Source of the DNA: Octopus sinensis
Lineage: Eukaryota
Length of the DNA: 64,000 bases
Direction: 5' to 3'
Assembly (NCBI RefSeq): GCF_006345805.1
Contig: NW_021832841.1
Span: 34,624-98,623, forward strand
Shown here: piece after piece, positions 13,815 through 26,872 of the stretch
Numbering within the stretch: the stretch's first letter is position 1
How the letters are laid out: each line of letters opens with the position of its first letter
The notes under the pieces: generated by a model
The model's database searches: none
Seen by the model: only the letters and a program-made list of their open reading frames with translations
What the model was told of the DNA's origin: nothing
Position numbers and translations under genes: made by a program

Positions 13815-14162
13815 CAATGTTTTCCAAAGTTATTTCGTCATGGAATCCTTATACTATTTTTAAAAAATCACAAAACTCCTAACACGTTATTTAAAAAATT
13901 GCCGTACCCATACTAATATTTTACTGACAAGCACTGAAAATCTAATTTGTTAGGGCTGTCTTTAAAATAGTTTTTAAGGTTGTCCAGCTAAGAGTAAAAT
14001 ATTACATAAACTAAAATGATATTTTGATATAAACAATATCCATAAAATAAACAATAGTTTTTAAAATGGTTGAATACCTTTTTTATATAACTAAATTTTT
14101 GTTGAATTTTAAAACAAGAGAATTTATTTCGGCCGGCCCCAGAATTAGTTTGGGAAACACTG
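13815..14162. mobile_element. Old hAT-type MITE
   Basis: Imperfect TIRs CAATGTTTTCCAAAGT and AGTTTGGGAAACACTG; TSD not retained. Confidence 0.45.
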
Positions 14163-14349
14163 ATTTACAATATTCGATTGCAGGGTAGCTAAATTGCGCA
14201 CGGCCAATACATCTGAGTTCTAGCAGTTGTTAATAATTAAAATAAGGGCTTTCGATGCATGGAACAAAAGATATACTGATGTGTTGAATCTGCAAAGTCG
14301 GTTTTGATTTCGACTCGAAATTATTTCACTTCTCACCAGCTACAAATGT

Positions 14350-15960
14350 ATAAATGATGAAAATAGGAATTCAAGATATCCCATTTCTTAAAGCAGTTCC
14401 GTTTTACCTTATCAAATGAAACAATTAATTAGGATATGGCTGTATTAATTCAGGTTTTATTGGATGGCCACTAATTAGTATTTAGTACCATCCACTTGGG
14501 CTTCGTTGTTGGATAGATTCTGCTTTTAAGACTATCAATTTGAAATGCATGTAGAATTGTTGATTTGCATCTCAGATTACCAATTTGTACAAAATGGATT
14601 TATTAATTAGGGTCCGAAGTCTTGTAGCTGGTTGACATAGGGAGGGATGAGACGAGTATTAATTATAATTTGCAATTCGACTTTTAGTAGTCCAGTTTAT
14701 TTATCCTACAATAGTTGTTGTTAATTATTAATTATTAATTAGGATCTTAGGACAATCGTTTGTTCAACGCTGAGTTATTAATTTACATTTGAGAACCTAT
14801 ACAAGTCATGATGTATTTTTGCGTTTTTTTTAAAATTAGTATTAAACACTATATATTTGGTTCCATGGAAAGGAAATTAATCATATCTTGGATTTAAAAT
14901 GTTCATTTATTACCATCAAAAACACTCAGTCTCGCCTCCAAAAGTTTGCATTTATTTGGCTCTTTTCCATCAATTTGAATTTCATATGGATTCATTTATT
15001 TCATTGAGACTTGCAGCAGCAGTTTTCAATAATTCATTTATTAGGCTGTGAGACTGGTTGTCTTAGTTTCCAAAAAGATGGTTTTACTAGGTTTGCCTTA
15101 GGCAATGTTTTTAATTTTAATGTCGAAGACGAATATTTATTAAATTTTGGGTTAATCCATTTGGCATTAAAAGAGATATTTACAGAGTTCTTGGATGATA
15201 TATTTTAATTCAGGTTGCTTTCTGATTAAGTTTTCAGACCTCTCGTTAGACTTGTAAAGGGACTGATTTATTGGGTTCTGGGAAAATCCTTCTAGCTTCT
15301 CTGGAGTATTGCTAATTTTGTTCTAGGATTATCCATTAAGCTTACAATGGCTGGTGTTTCATAAAGTTCTAGTACTGCTCATTTGGCTCACAAGAAATTA
15401 TTACATCTATTTAGCTAGCACCCGAAGGTGTTAATCGGTTTCAGTTGGGATCTAGAAACATGCATTTAGTTTGTATAACTTAGGTCTTGACACAACACTA
15501 GTCATAATTTAGGAGTATTCATTTGGATGACTAACTGTCGTTATAGTTTATCTTTCAAACTTTTTTTCCATTAAAAACTAAATATTGTTCCTCAGGGTGT
15601 GTGGGGCTGCTATATATTTAAGATTCATTTCGCCAAGTGTCACAAGTTAGAACTCATTATTCTTCCATTTGGGTTGTTAATTAGTATCTAGAAATGCTTA
15701 AATAGCTTCCACGAGAAATGTTTAGAATATTATTAATTAATAAACATTATTTCGGTGCAAGTTTCTTAAGCGAGGTTTCAAACGAACCAGAGTTGTCATT
15801 AATTAGTAATGTGCCAATATCCAATTAGTTTTCATAGATTGTATGTGATAATTGTTTACTATAATGTAAAGCAGTTTATTTGTTTCATATACGACTAGAA
15901 TAAATATCAGTATGGTACCCACTAAACTATAGACTTCCTTTTTAAGAGAAAACTTATACT
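14350..15960 (-). mobile_element. Possible heavily decayed LTR-retrotransposon (BEL/Pao-like) remnant
   Basis: Only faint motifs by eye (SLTRGL, QDFGP) among many stops; weak support. Confidence 0.22.
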
Positions 15961-16182
15961 GCTAAATGGTGGTGACACTTTACAAGCCACAAGGGCAGCC
16001 TGCACGGAGAATCTTCTACGAACAAAAGTTATAATTATTGTCTTTTAAAAGAGAAAAAATCCCGCAATCTGTATTTAAATTACAATATTCACACCATCCT
16101 AAGCTATCATTGCCGCGTCATTCGCTGTACATATCGTGCTGCAGTTTCTACATAGCATTATAAACATAACATTATTACGATA

Positions 16183-16405
16183 ATAATAATTCCTTCTACT
16201 ATATGCACATGGCGTGAAATTTTGGGTGAATGTGTTAGTCGTTTACATCGACTCCAGTGCTCGACTGGTACTTTATTTTATTGACTCCAAAAGGATGAAA
16301 GCAAAGTCAAACTTTGCGGAATTTGTATGCAGAACGTAAAACCGGAAGAAATGACACTGAGCATTTTGACCGGCGTGCTAACAACTGTACCATCTCGCCG
16401 CCTTC
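16183..16405 (-). mobile_element. Older SINE sharing the family C head but with a different tail
   Basis: Diverged match to the family C head and core; ends in a short (ATT)n. Confidence 0.65.
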
Positions 16406-16696
16406 GATATTTAGTCCCGACCTTTCATCAAAGACGTCCTAGTCTTAGCCATACCACCTTTACAGAGGCGTGTAAGACTACATTATCCTATAACTTTCTT
16501 ATACACTCATCTACACATATCATGATGATTTTGGAAAAATCTTGATTCATGCTTGAAGGAATCTCTAATTTTTCACTGCAAAAATGCAAACCAGCAACGG
16601 AGCCACTTTGTTGTAGTCGCACTCAATCTACGCACGAAACTATAGAACGAGAGACATAGTCTATTACGAGTACAACATTTATTATATACTATATAT

Positions 16697-17106
16697 AGGC
16701 GCAGGAGTGGCTGTGTGGTAAGTAGCTTGTTTACCAACCACATGGTTCCGAGTTCAATCCCACTGCGTGGCACCTTGGGCAAGTGTCTTCTACTATAGCC
16801 TCGGACCGACCAAAGCCTTGTGAGTGGATTTGGTAGACGGAAAATGAAAGAAGCCCGTCGTATATATGTATATGTATGTTTATGTGTTTGTGTGTCTGTG
16901 TTTGTTCCCCTAGCATTGCTTGACAACCGATGCTGGTGTGTTTATGCCCCCGTCACTTAGCGGTTCGGCAAAAGAGACCGATAGAATAAGTACTGGGCTT
17001 ACAAAGGATAAGTCCCGGGGTCGAGTTGCTCGACTAAAGGCGGTGCTCCAGCATGGCCGCAGTCATATGACTGAAACAAGTAAAAGAGTAAAAAAAAGAG
17101 AGTAAA
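16697..17106 (+). mobile_element. SINE family B
   Basis: Full length; 12-bp TSD GAGTACAACATT (16668-16679 and 17107-17118). Confidence 0.92.
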
Positions 17107-17271
17107 GAGTACAACATTCGTAAAGACTGATAAATAAAACTTTTAAATTAATTTTATATGTTTTAACTGAGGACGATCTTACGAATTGGATGCATTTCCT
17201 CTTGTATATTACGCAGACCAGAAAGGTACGTATTAAATAGCGTCAAAATATCATTATTTGTTGTTTTTTTT

Positions 17272-17400
17272 GTGGAGGTGCAATGGCCCAGTGGTTAGGG
17301 CAGCGGACTCGCGGTCGTAGGATCGCGGTTTCGATTCCCAGACCGGGCGTTGTGAGTGTTTATTGAGCGAAAACACATAAAGCTCCACGAGGCTCCGGCA
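17272..17400 (+). mobile_element. SINE family A, head only
   Basis: Matches family A for about 128 bp, then breaks into (CA)n. Confidence 0.85.
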
Positions 17401-17952
17401 CACACACACTCACACACATTATAATTTCTCAACGAGAGATATACAGTAACAGAACTTTAAAGTAAAGATTATTTGCCAACATAACGTGGCAGTCCCGGTT
17501 GGAATGAATGTTACTGTCTCCAGCTGGCTATACGACACACATCTTTGTCCTTATATTTTCGAACAAGGTAGCTTAGCACCCCCACTCAGCTCAAAGCAAT
17601 GTCTGTGGAGCTCGATTTCTGGGTTATTTCTCTTCCTCGGCACATAATAACTGCCTGGCGTTCGAAAATATATAGTGATACACAATCACTGATAGAAGCA
17701 TTATTATTTATAAATCTCTCAACGAGAGATATATTTTCGAATGTATGTATGTATGTTTATATATATTATCACTTTATCAGCATCAACGTCATTGGACAAA
17801 ATATACAGGTGTGTGCATGTGGGAGAGAGAAAGAAAGAGAGAGAGCGAGAGAGTATGTACGTATACTTTTTAATTCATTAGGTAATTTTTCCGCTTATTG
17901 AATTACCTGCATATTTGGATACCACTGTCAATGTTTCAATTGAACATATATC

Positions 17953-18367
17953 TGTTTCTTTATTGCCCACAAGGGGCTAAACATAGAGGGGACAAACAAG
18001 GACAGACAAACGGATTAGGTTGATTACATCGACCCCAGTGCGTAACTGGTACTTAATTTATCAACCCCAAAAGGATGAAAGGCAAAGTCGACCTCGGCGG
18101 AATTTGAACTCAGAACGCAACGACAGACGCAATACCTATTTCTTTATTACCCACAAGGGGCTAAACATAGAGGGGACAAACATGGACAGACATAGGTATT
18201 AAGTCGATTATATCGACCCCATTGCTTAACTGATACTTAATTTATCGATCCCGAAAGGATGAAAGGCAAAGTCGACCTCGGCGGAATTTGAACTCACAAC
18301 GTAACGGCAGCCGAAATACCGCTAAACATTTCGCCCGGTGTGCTAACGTTTCTGCCAGCTCGCCGCC
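17953..18367 (-). mobile_element. Dimeric SINE family C
   Basis: Full monomer 18137-18367 plus 5'-truncated monomer 17953-18136; one 22-bp TSD ATGTTTCAATTGAACATATATC (17931-17952 and 18368-18389). Confidence 0.9.
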
Positions 18368-18399
18368 ATGTTTCAATTGAACATATATCCTCTAGTCAA

Positions 18400-18585
18400 T
18401 ATGGCGACTAGTTGACAGGATCATTAGCAGCCGGACGTTTCGTCCGTCTTTACGCTCTGAGTCCAAATTCCGACCACAGGGACTTTTCCTTTCATCATTT
18501 CATGGTCGACGAAATAAATACCAGTCGAGCAATCGACTTAACTCTTCCTCCATATTGTTGAGCTTGTACCCAAATTTGAAGCAAA
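18400..18585 (+). mobile_element. Decayed SINE related to family C
   Basis: Diverged CTGAGTCCAAATTCC...CCTTTCATC...TCGACTTA blocks. Confidence 0.55.
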
Positions 18586-18713
18586 AATATATCCACTTGT
18601 CATTATCTTTAATTTGGTAATTACTATGTTACTGTACATTAATAACATGACTGGTTTTAAACACCAAACAAGTGAACAGAGCCTCACACACATACAGATT
18701 TAAGAATGCATTT

Positions 18714-18870
18714 GTATATGTGCGTGTGTGTGTGTGTGTGGTGTGTGTGTGTGTGTGTGTATGTGTGTGTCCGTGCGTGTGTGTGTCCGTGCGTGTGTGT
18801 GTCCGTGCGTGTGTATGTGGGTAGAGAGACATAAAGACATACATAAAGACATACATAAAGACAGACAGAC

Positions 18871-18960
<90 letters not shown>

Positions 18961-19368
18961 TTGGGGATAAGTATAATCCAGGCGACCACCTCAGCACTTC
19001 ATGTAGGAACGGACTAACTTACTATTCCAATAACTAAAGAAAATCAGTTATAAGCGCAGGAGTGGCTGTGTGGTAAGTAGCTTGTTTACCAACCACGTGG
19101 TTCCGGGTTCAGTCCCACTGCGTGGCACCTTAGGCAAGTGTATTCTACTATAGCCTCGGGCCGACCAAAGCCTTGTGAGTGGATTTGGTAGACGGAAACT
19201 GAAAGAAGCCCGTCGTATATTTGTATATATATATGTGTGTGGTGTGTGTGTGTGTGTTGTGTGTGTGTGTGTGTGTGTGTGTCCGTGCGTGTGTGTGTGT
19301 CCGTGCGTGTGTATGTGGGTAGAGAGACATAAAGACATACATAAAGACATACATAAAGACAGACAGAC

Positions 19369-19456
<88 letters not shown>

Positions 19457-19719
19457 TTGGGGATAAGTATAATCCAGGCGACCACCTCAGCACTTCATGT
19501 AGGAACGGACTAACTTACTATTCCAATAACTAAAGAAAATCAGTTATAAGCGCAGGAGTGGCTGTGTGGTAAGTAGCTTGTTTACCAACCACGTGGTTCC
19601 GGGTTCAGTCCCACTGCGTGGCACCTTAGGCAAGTGTATTCTACTATAGCCTCGGGCCGACCAAAGCCTTGTGAGTGGATTTGGTAGACGGAAACTGAAA
19701 GAAGCCCGTCGTATATTTG

Positions 19720-19740
<21 letters not shown>
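18714..19740. repeat. Tandem duplication, period 496 bp
   Basis: Anchor TTGGGGATAAGTATAATCC at 18961 and 19457; anchor CGTCGTATATTTG at 19211 and 19707. Confidence 0.92.
19053..19230 (+). mobile_element. SINE family B, 5' half (duplicated copy)
   Basis: Identical to the 5' half of the copy at 19549. Confidence 0.88.
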
Positions 19741-19754
<14 letters not shown>

Positions 19755-19956
19755 TTGTGTGTTTGTCCCCCTAGCATTGCTTGACAACCGATGCTGGTGT
19801 ATTTATGTCCCCGTTACTTAGCGGTTCGGCAAAAGAGATCGATAGAATAAGTACTGGGCTTACAAAGAATAAGTCCCGGGGTCGAGTTGCTCGATTAAAG
19901 GTAGTGCTCCAGCATGGCCGCAGTCAAATGACTGAAACAAGTAAAAGGGTAAAGGG
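19549..19956 (+). mobile_element. SINE family B
   Basis: Full length head to tail. Confidence 0.92.
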
Positions 19957-20249
19957 TATACTTCAAAAAAATTATAAAAAGGATACATCATGAATCCAAA
20001 GTATGAACCAGTAGACATATTAAAATCTTCACAGAGTGAATAATAATTTGATTGAGGAAAAGGGATGTCAAATTGATTTTACCATCGTTTCAGTTAACAA
20101 ACATTACTTATTCCATACCACATACAATGTTGGGCAACATATGCAGCAAATGCAACATATCTAAGAATAGATTTTGTTTTTATTTTCATTGGTCGACTTA
20201 AATCTTATGTGACGTAACATGCTAGTTGGTGTGTTAATGGTTGATTATA

Positions 20250-20900
20250 AATATTTATTTGCATGCCGTTAGCGCGCCCATGAAATGAGATAAATTTGTC
20301 CTGCATTACAGCTTCATTTCATAAGTTGTTTGTATTTAAAATCAGGATGTCTGAAGGAGTGAATAAACCATAATCGCTGGTTCTTGAATTTCTTACAACT
20401 TGGAAGAGGGGTATAAAACCATTCTACGGAATACCCTTCAGTTACAGTATATATATAGAGGTCCACATTCTATTCCCTGTCGCCAGCTGGGTGAAAACGT
20501 ATATTTATTGGCTTCAAACACTTGCGGCAGATCGGAGCAAAGTTTTACTCTTTCATCCTTCAAATCAGGTGTCAATACCCGAGGCACTCACTTTGCACAC
20601 ACTTTCCGATGTTCAAAGATTTTTACTACTTTCTGTGATGCAGTGTGACCGCATCCTACATGTACTGCAAGCTCAGAATTTGAGACTCGTCTGTTCATGC
20701 AAAACGATTATCAACAGACAAGCGATTCGTGTCAGTGATCGCAGTTGATGGTCTACCACTGCGTGATTGTTTGCTCTTGTCAGTGGTATCATCTTCATAA
20801 AGCTGCATGCCTCATTTGACGTGAAATCAATAACGAAACGCTGATTCTGCAATGAAGACGAACAAAAAGAACGGTTTCTATATAGGAAAAGTTATTCTGT
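20250..20900 (-). pseudogene. Decayed mariner transposase fragment
   Basis: Minus strand reads RSGRPSTAIT...NRRVS..ELAVHVG...RKVCAK*VPRVLTPDLKDERV and later SDYGLF. Confidence 0.65.
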
Positions 20901-21857
20901 CAACATGTATAATTTGAACAGAATATGTCGATTCTGTTCAAATACTAAGATTTGTTAAAGCTATATTAACGTAGTCGTACTGTAGCAGAATAATATTATA
21001 GATAGAATGCGTGATAATGTCTTCAATCTTTCGATAGTTAAGATTGTTTACTTCCTGACATAATGTGAGAAATAACAGATGACAACTCTCAAAGTGGAAT
21101 ACGTAACAAATGCATAGAAAGCATAGAAGCAATACAGCTTACAGAGACGTTGTTTTCTAAGGGTGCACATTCAATAGTACCAATGTGAACTTTTGCACCA
21201 TCAAGAGAAACAAATATCTCAAAACATATACTTCAAAACAAATTATATTTCATGATTCTTTATATACTTCTAAGTGTCTTCTAGTTCCAAACGTCTTCTA
21301 GTTTTCAAAACAACTGTAGAATTTCCAGAGAACTCTATGCTTGATGTGTGTGTGTGTATGTGTGTGTGCGTGCGTGCGTACGCGCGAGTGTGTGTTCGCG
21401 TGTGTGTGTGTATGTGTGCATGCTTCTTTGATATTTATTTAAGTTCTTAAGAGAGTTCAAGCAGGTCGCTAGCAAAGCGACAAGACATTGTGAATTAAGA
21501 GAGTTCCCGGTGCTTGTAAATATGTGATTCAGTTGTTGAGTAGGTTGAACAGTGAATACACACAACCAAGAGTGCGCATCTATTCATCAAAAGAATCTCA
21601 GATGGAGAATCTTTGGAATGTCTTACAAATTTTCACTTTGCTGCTAATACAGTTGATTTGGAGAATGCACATCAGTTTCTTTTGCTCTTTCTTTGGAAAA
21701 CCTAGCATTTCTAGGTGTTTGAATAAATCTGTCGATTCATAGCCTAATGCGTCTATGAGAAGTCATAGTAAGAGTACAAGAACTGTAAGTTTCGCATTAG
21801 TTCACCACAAACGCTTTCCTTTTTTTTTACCTTTGATGGTACCTTTACATCTACTGG

Positions 21858-22223
21858 GGAGGCGCAATGGCCCATTGGTTAGGGCAGCGGACTCGCGGTT
21901 TCGATTCCCAGACCGGGCGTTGTGAGTGTTTATTGAGCGAAAACACCTAAAGTTCCACGAGGCCCCGGCAGGGATGGTGGTGATCCCTGCTGTACTCTTT
22001 CACCACAACTTTCTCTCACTCTTACTTCCTGTTTCTGTTGTACCTGTATTTCAAAGGGCCGGCCTTGTCACACTCTGTGTCACGCTGAATATCCCCGAGA
22101 ACTACGTTAAGGGTGCACGTGTCTGTGGAGTGCTCAGCCACTTACACGTTAATTTCACGAGCAGGCTGTTCCGTTGATCAGATCAACCGGAACCCTCATC
22201 GTCGTAACCGACGGAGTGCTTCC
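21858..22223 (+). mobile_element. SINE family A
   Basis: Near full length; short deletion in the head between two TCGCGGT repeats. Confidence 0.9.
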
Positions 22224-22507
22224 ATCCATCCACATCTAATGGACAATTGACCACTACAACAGTGCTTGATTTTTGTTCACTGTCCTACAGTCCGATTGTT
22301 TGAACCGTATCGTTGTTGTTATTGGTATATTCCACTACTATAAATAGTTCTGCTACTATTGAATGTTTCAAGGGTAAGTAGTATCTCGAAGACATTTCGG
22401 GGCAGCTACTGGTGATGTGGTTGATATCTTTCACACTGGTATTGCATAGCAAACATTTTCTATTACACAGTGAATGTTTGGTGGTATCTCTCTCTCTTCC
22501 TCCCTCC

Positions 22508-22555
<48 letters not shown>

Positions 22556-22629
22556 CAGGTATTTAACAGCTATTTCCTGTTCCTAAATAGTAAGGGAATA
22601 TCCTTCTAGGCGGGATGTAATGTATTTAT

Positions 22630-24900
22630 CACAAGTCCAGGAGAAGCTACTCTTCCAGTCAATGATGTTGTTGCCCTGTAGCTTATGGGATAAGTACCCA
22701 TGCACTGCTTTTTGTTAGTATGATGCCTGCTTCTCCTCCAAGCTCCTGTCTCGGTAGGTCAGTCCAACCTCCTTTGGATTGCATGAGACAGTTCTATTCT
22801 CAGAGTATCCGCACGGTAGTTCTCCAACGCTAAAGATGTTGTTGCTTTCACTTTTAAGTATGGATGTAATGTACTCATTTCTTTCTTCAGTTTTCAGCTG
22901 ATGTTGTCTGATTGATACCATGGGACGTTCAAATGCTCTTTGGACTGACCTTATGCTTCTGCCCCCATCACGTCGTCCCAAGTAGATCCTATCGGTGTCG
23001 CTGTTGAAGTGGAAGCTGCCAGTGGTGGTCAGTATCTTTCTAGTTTTGATGTTCAAGTTACAGATTAAGTCAAGTTCCCAGACCAATATCCCAAATGTTG
23101 GTACTGGGACTCGAAAAGTATTGTGAGATATGAACTTGTTAAATGCAGACATCTTCGAGTTTCATGCTTTTCGGGGACAGCCGAAGTTCTCTTTTGTTAT
23201 TCTGGCTTCTTTTTTTTTTACCGCACCAACGTATGCAAAATTCTCATCGACTCCGACTTATAGATTTCATTACCAGAGACATGAAGATAGACAAGTCATT
23301 CATGCACGTGTTCTCTGTCTGGTTGACAGTCCCCCCTCATGTATGAGAATTTATTTTGCTCAAACTCATTTCCTATGTATCGTGAGAATGCTTTGACTAG
23401 TTCCAATTGTCTCTTGATGTTGTTCATGTTACCAGGCAGTCAACAAAAAATGTCTGGGTGACATTAGATAACTTAGATATGTTTCGACAAAAGATTGGTC
23501 CAGGCCATGTCTAACTTAATAGCACCAACTGATAGGATTATTCGAATCCTGTTTAAGTCAAGTTTTGTTTAAGTCAAGTTTTATTCAAGTAGTGAGTTCT
23601 TGTTGGGTGAGTTGTATCCAATTATGGGTGGTTTATCTGGTATTCTTTGAAGGAATCTATCCAGACTCCGTTTAAAGTTGATGGGATCCTTTTCCTCTTT
23701 GATATCCCTCGGGACAATGTTAAATAGGGCAGGGCCTGTTGAGGAAAAGAAATTATGTTGCAGTGTACATGTATGTTGTGATCTTGAATTGGGCAGGGAA
23801 CGTATGGCCCGTGGTCCCAGTCTTGGATGAACCTTGGAGCTAATGTTAAGGTCGTTTGGGCAAAGTTGGCGGTATATTCTCCACATCGTACAAATGATGT
23901 ACCGCTCACGGCGACGCTGGAGGGAGTAAAGTTTCAAGGCTTTAAGGCGATCCCAATAATCGAGAATAATATTATTCTTTTCTGAATTTCCCAGCATGTA
24001 AGTTTTGCATTTCATTAACAGGGTTGACAAAGTTCTCACTGCCAATACAAAAACAAATTTACAGTCTGTTAAGAGATTACGGCGATTTTTCTTTGCTTTC
24101 TTTAAGGACAACTTTGTTGGAGAGGAGCTGTTCAACTCAGTCCCAGACTCCCTTCTATCCTCCTTCTTGTTCATCAGTTATCACATTTGTTTGGCTGTGG
24201 TCTTAGAGAAACAACCTATGTACGTACATAACATCCAAGCATGCTGTAGTTTTTGGCCACACGGGTCTCTTTATTCTTGGGGACAAAATTAGTCCGTGCA
24301 ACCGTCAACCAATCTGGTATATCTATCACAGCATCAATTGCATCAGTATCGTAAGAATTTCTCTGTTGAATATGAGCTTCATGTACCAGTAGCCTAGATC
24401 TCTTCAGGTCTCTTCCAGGCGATTTTCCATTCAGTACCCTCATAACAACCGTCAGACGGGTGATGTCATATATTTTGGGAGAGGCTTTCACAGAAAACTC
24501 ACTTCGTAGTTCGTTTAACTATGCTGCATCACGATTGGCTTTTTTGTTTACATCCCAGCTTCCCTGCCAGAATGACTTTAGGTTCTCATGGAAAGAAACA
24601 CTTACTAATTTGATGATATGGTCTTTCATAGTGCGATACGCAGAGTGTGAGTTTTGGGCAGACTTGTAGTTTGTCATTTTGGGTTAATGTAATTTTCCCG
24701 GTGGCAATTCCTTTGCAATTTGGATAGTCTTTCATGCTGTTGGAACTGGTGATTAGAGAATTAATCTTTACTTTTTGCTTATGATGATTATGTCCAACTG
24801 TTCCATCATTTCTTGAGTCTGTTGAAGTTATTTTAGAGGAAAGTAATTCATTTGGATCGGTCAGGTTTACTCCAGTTTGTTGTTTTACAGTTAGTGTAGC
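22630..24900 (-). mobile_element. R4/Dong-like retrotransposon remnant (RT region), interrupted by CR1
   Basis: Fragments SFWQGSW, IPDWLTVARTNFVPKNKET..AKNY, EQLLSNKVVLKE, KNRRNL, FFVD, MSAFNK, RIYLGRRDGGRSIRSV. Confidence 0.72.
23495..23975 (-). mobile_element. 5'-truncated CR1-like LINE 3' end
   Basis: LDYWDRLKALKLYSLQRRRERY...GPALFNIVPRDI...FKRSLDRFLQRIPDKP..*; 3' UTR ends GACATGGCC...GAAACATATC. Confidence 0.8.
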
Positions 24901-24904
24901 ACAA

Positions 24905-25243
24905 TAGGATCGCGGTTTCGATTCCCAGACCGGGCGTTGTGAGTGTTTATTGAGCGAAAACACCTAAAAGCTCCACGAGGCTCCTGCAGGGGATGGTGGT
25001 GATCCCTGCTGTACTCTTTCACCACAACTTTCTCTCACTCTTACTTCCTGTTTCTGTTGTACCTGTATTTCAAAGGGCCGGCCTTGTCACTCTCTGTGTC
25101 ACGCTGAATATCCCCGAGAACTACGTTAAGGGTGCACGTGTCTGTGGAGTGCTCAGCCACTTACACGTTAATTTCACGAGCAGGCTGTTCCGTTGATTCG
25201 GATCAACCGGAACCCTCATCGTCGTAACCGACGGAGTGCTTCC
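24905..25243 (+). mobile_element. SINE family A (5' truncated)
   Basis: Starts inside the tRNA head at TAGGATCGCGG. Confidence 0.9.
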
Positions 25244-25379
25244 ATATCCAGCACAATATATCTATTTATTGCCCCAAAATTGAGTTTCGTTGATCACTGA
25301 ATAACATGGAGTCGGTGGGTGTTTTCCCCACGAATATCCGAATCGTTCTCTCATTCGATGCTTGTATAAGTCAATAGTG

Positions 25380-25483
25380 TATACATATGTGTGTCTGTGT
25401 ATCTCTGTGTGTGAGTGGGTGGGTGTTCGTGTGAGTGTGTATGTGTGTGTGCGTGCGTGTGTGTGTATGTGTGTGTATGAGTC

Positions 25484-25518
<35 letters not shown>

Positions 25519-25533
25519 GTGCGTGTGCGTGTG

Positions 25534-25594
<61 letters not shown>

Positions 25595-25612
25595 TGTTTG
25601 TGTGTGTGTGTG

Positions 25613-25648
<36 letters not shown>

Positions 25649-25735
25649 GTGTGTGTGTGCGTGTGTGTGTGTATGTGTGTGTGTGTGTATGTGTGTGTGT
25701 GTGTGTATGTGTGTGTGTGTGTGTGTTGTGTGTGT

Positions 25736-25790
<55 letters not shown>
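25380..25790. repeat. Long imperfect (TG)n
   Basis: Direct reading. Confidence 0.97.
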
Positions 25791-25791
<1 letters not shown>

Positions 25792-26199
25792 GATGCAGTA
25801 AATGAAGCTGAGGATATCAGCTTATGGTTTTCACATTTTTAATATAATTTTATTACTTTCACGGCACTAAGCATTGCTTGGGAAACACTGCAATATAGAA
25901 TGCAGTAATCATCTAAACATTAATATAAATATTAAAGTTTTATCGTTTCTAATTTAATTTTTTCTTTTATTTTCCAGACATTGTAAAAACCTATTGTTTC
26001 ATATGGAAAAAGTAAAAGAAAAGTAATGAAAGGAATCGTAGACTGAGTATCATTTTACTATTGTTATTTATTTTATCATACATTAGTATTAAAGAGTTGA
26101 ATGTTTTGCCTTTCGGTGATTAGCAGGATCGACCAACAGAATGACGATCCTTTAATCTGTGTGCACGTGGGATAAGAAACAATCGATTATATCACCCTC

Positions 26200-26432
26200 G
26201 ATATAATCGTTAGCAGAATCGTTAGCACACCGGGCGAAATGCGTAGCCGTATTTCGTCTGCCGCTACGTTCTGAGTTCAAATTCCGCCGAGGTCGACTTT
26301 GCCTTTCATCCTTTCGGGGTCGATAAATTAAGTACCAGTTACGCACTGGGGTCGATATAATCGACTTAATCCGTTTGTCTGTCCTTGTTTGTCCCCTCTC
26401 TGTTTAGCCCCTTGTGGGTAGTAAAGAAATAT
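26200..26432 (+). mobile_element. SINE family C
   Basis: 14-bp TSD ATTATATCACCCTC (26186-26199 and 26433-26446). Confidence 0.9.
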
Positions 26433-26872
26433 ATTATATCACCCTCTCTACTCAACTGGTGCATAGTTTTTCTACACCAGCAGGATGCGTATTAATATAT
26501 TCAGATTCCCATTATAGAAATTTTGATTGATGCAGGTGTGATCAAGTAGCTAGTAAGGTTTTCTTCGTCGTCAGAGTATCACGGTTTCGAGCCTTAATTT
26601 AGCGACAAACTGATTCGAGATTTGTGAATGAAATTAAGTAGATGAAAAATATATGGACGGCCATTGAATGAATTGCACCTACATTTCAAAGATCAAGCCA
26701 TGTGACATATTGTGCCACTCTTATTCGGCCTGAGAAGTGTGTTAATGTCTGTGAATATTCAACCACTTATATGTTCAATCGCCGAGTAGGTAGATCGAAC
26801 TAGGGAATGCTCAACGTCAAAATAATAGAGGATGCAGTATATAAACATTGTTGTTGTCCAGATATACATATA

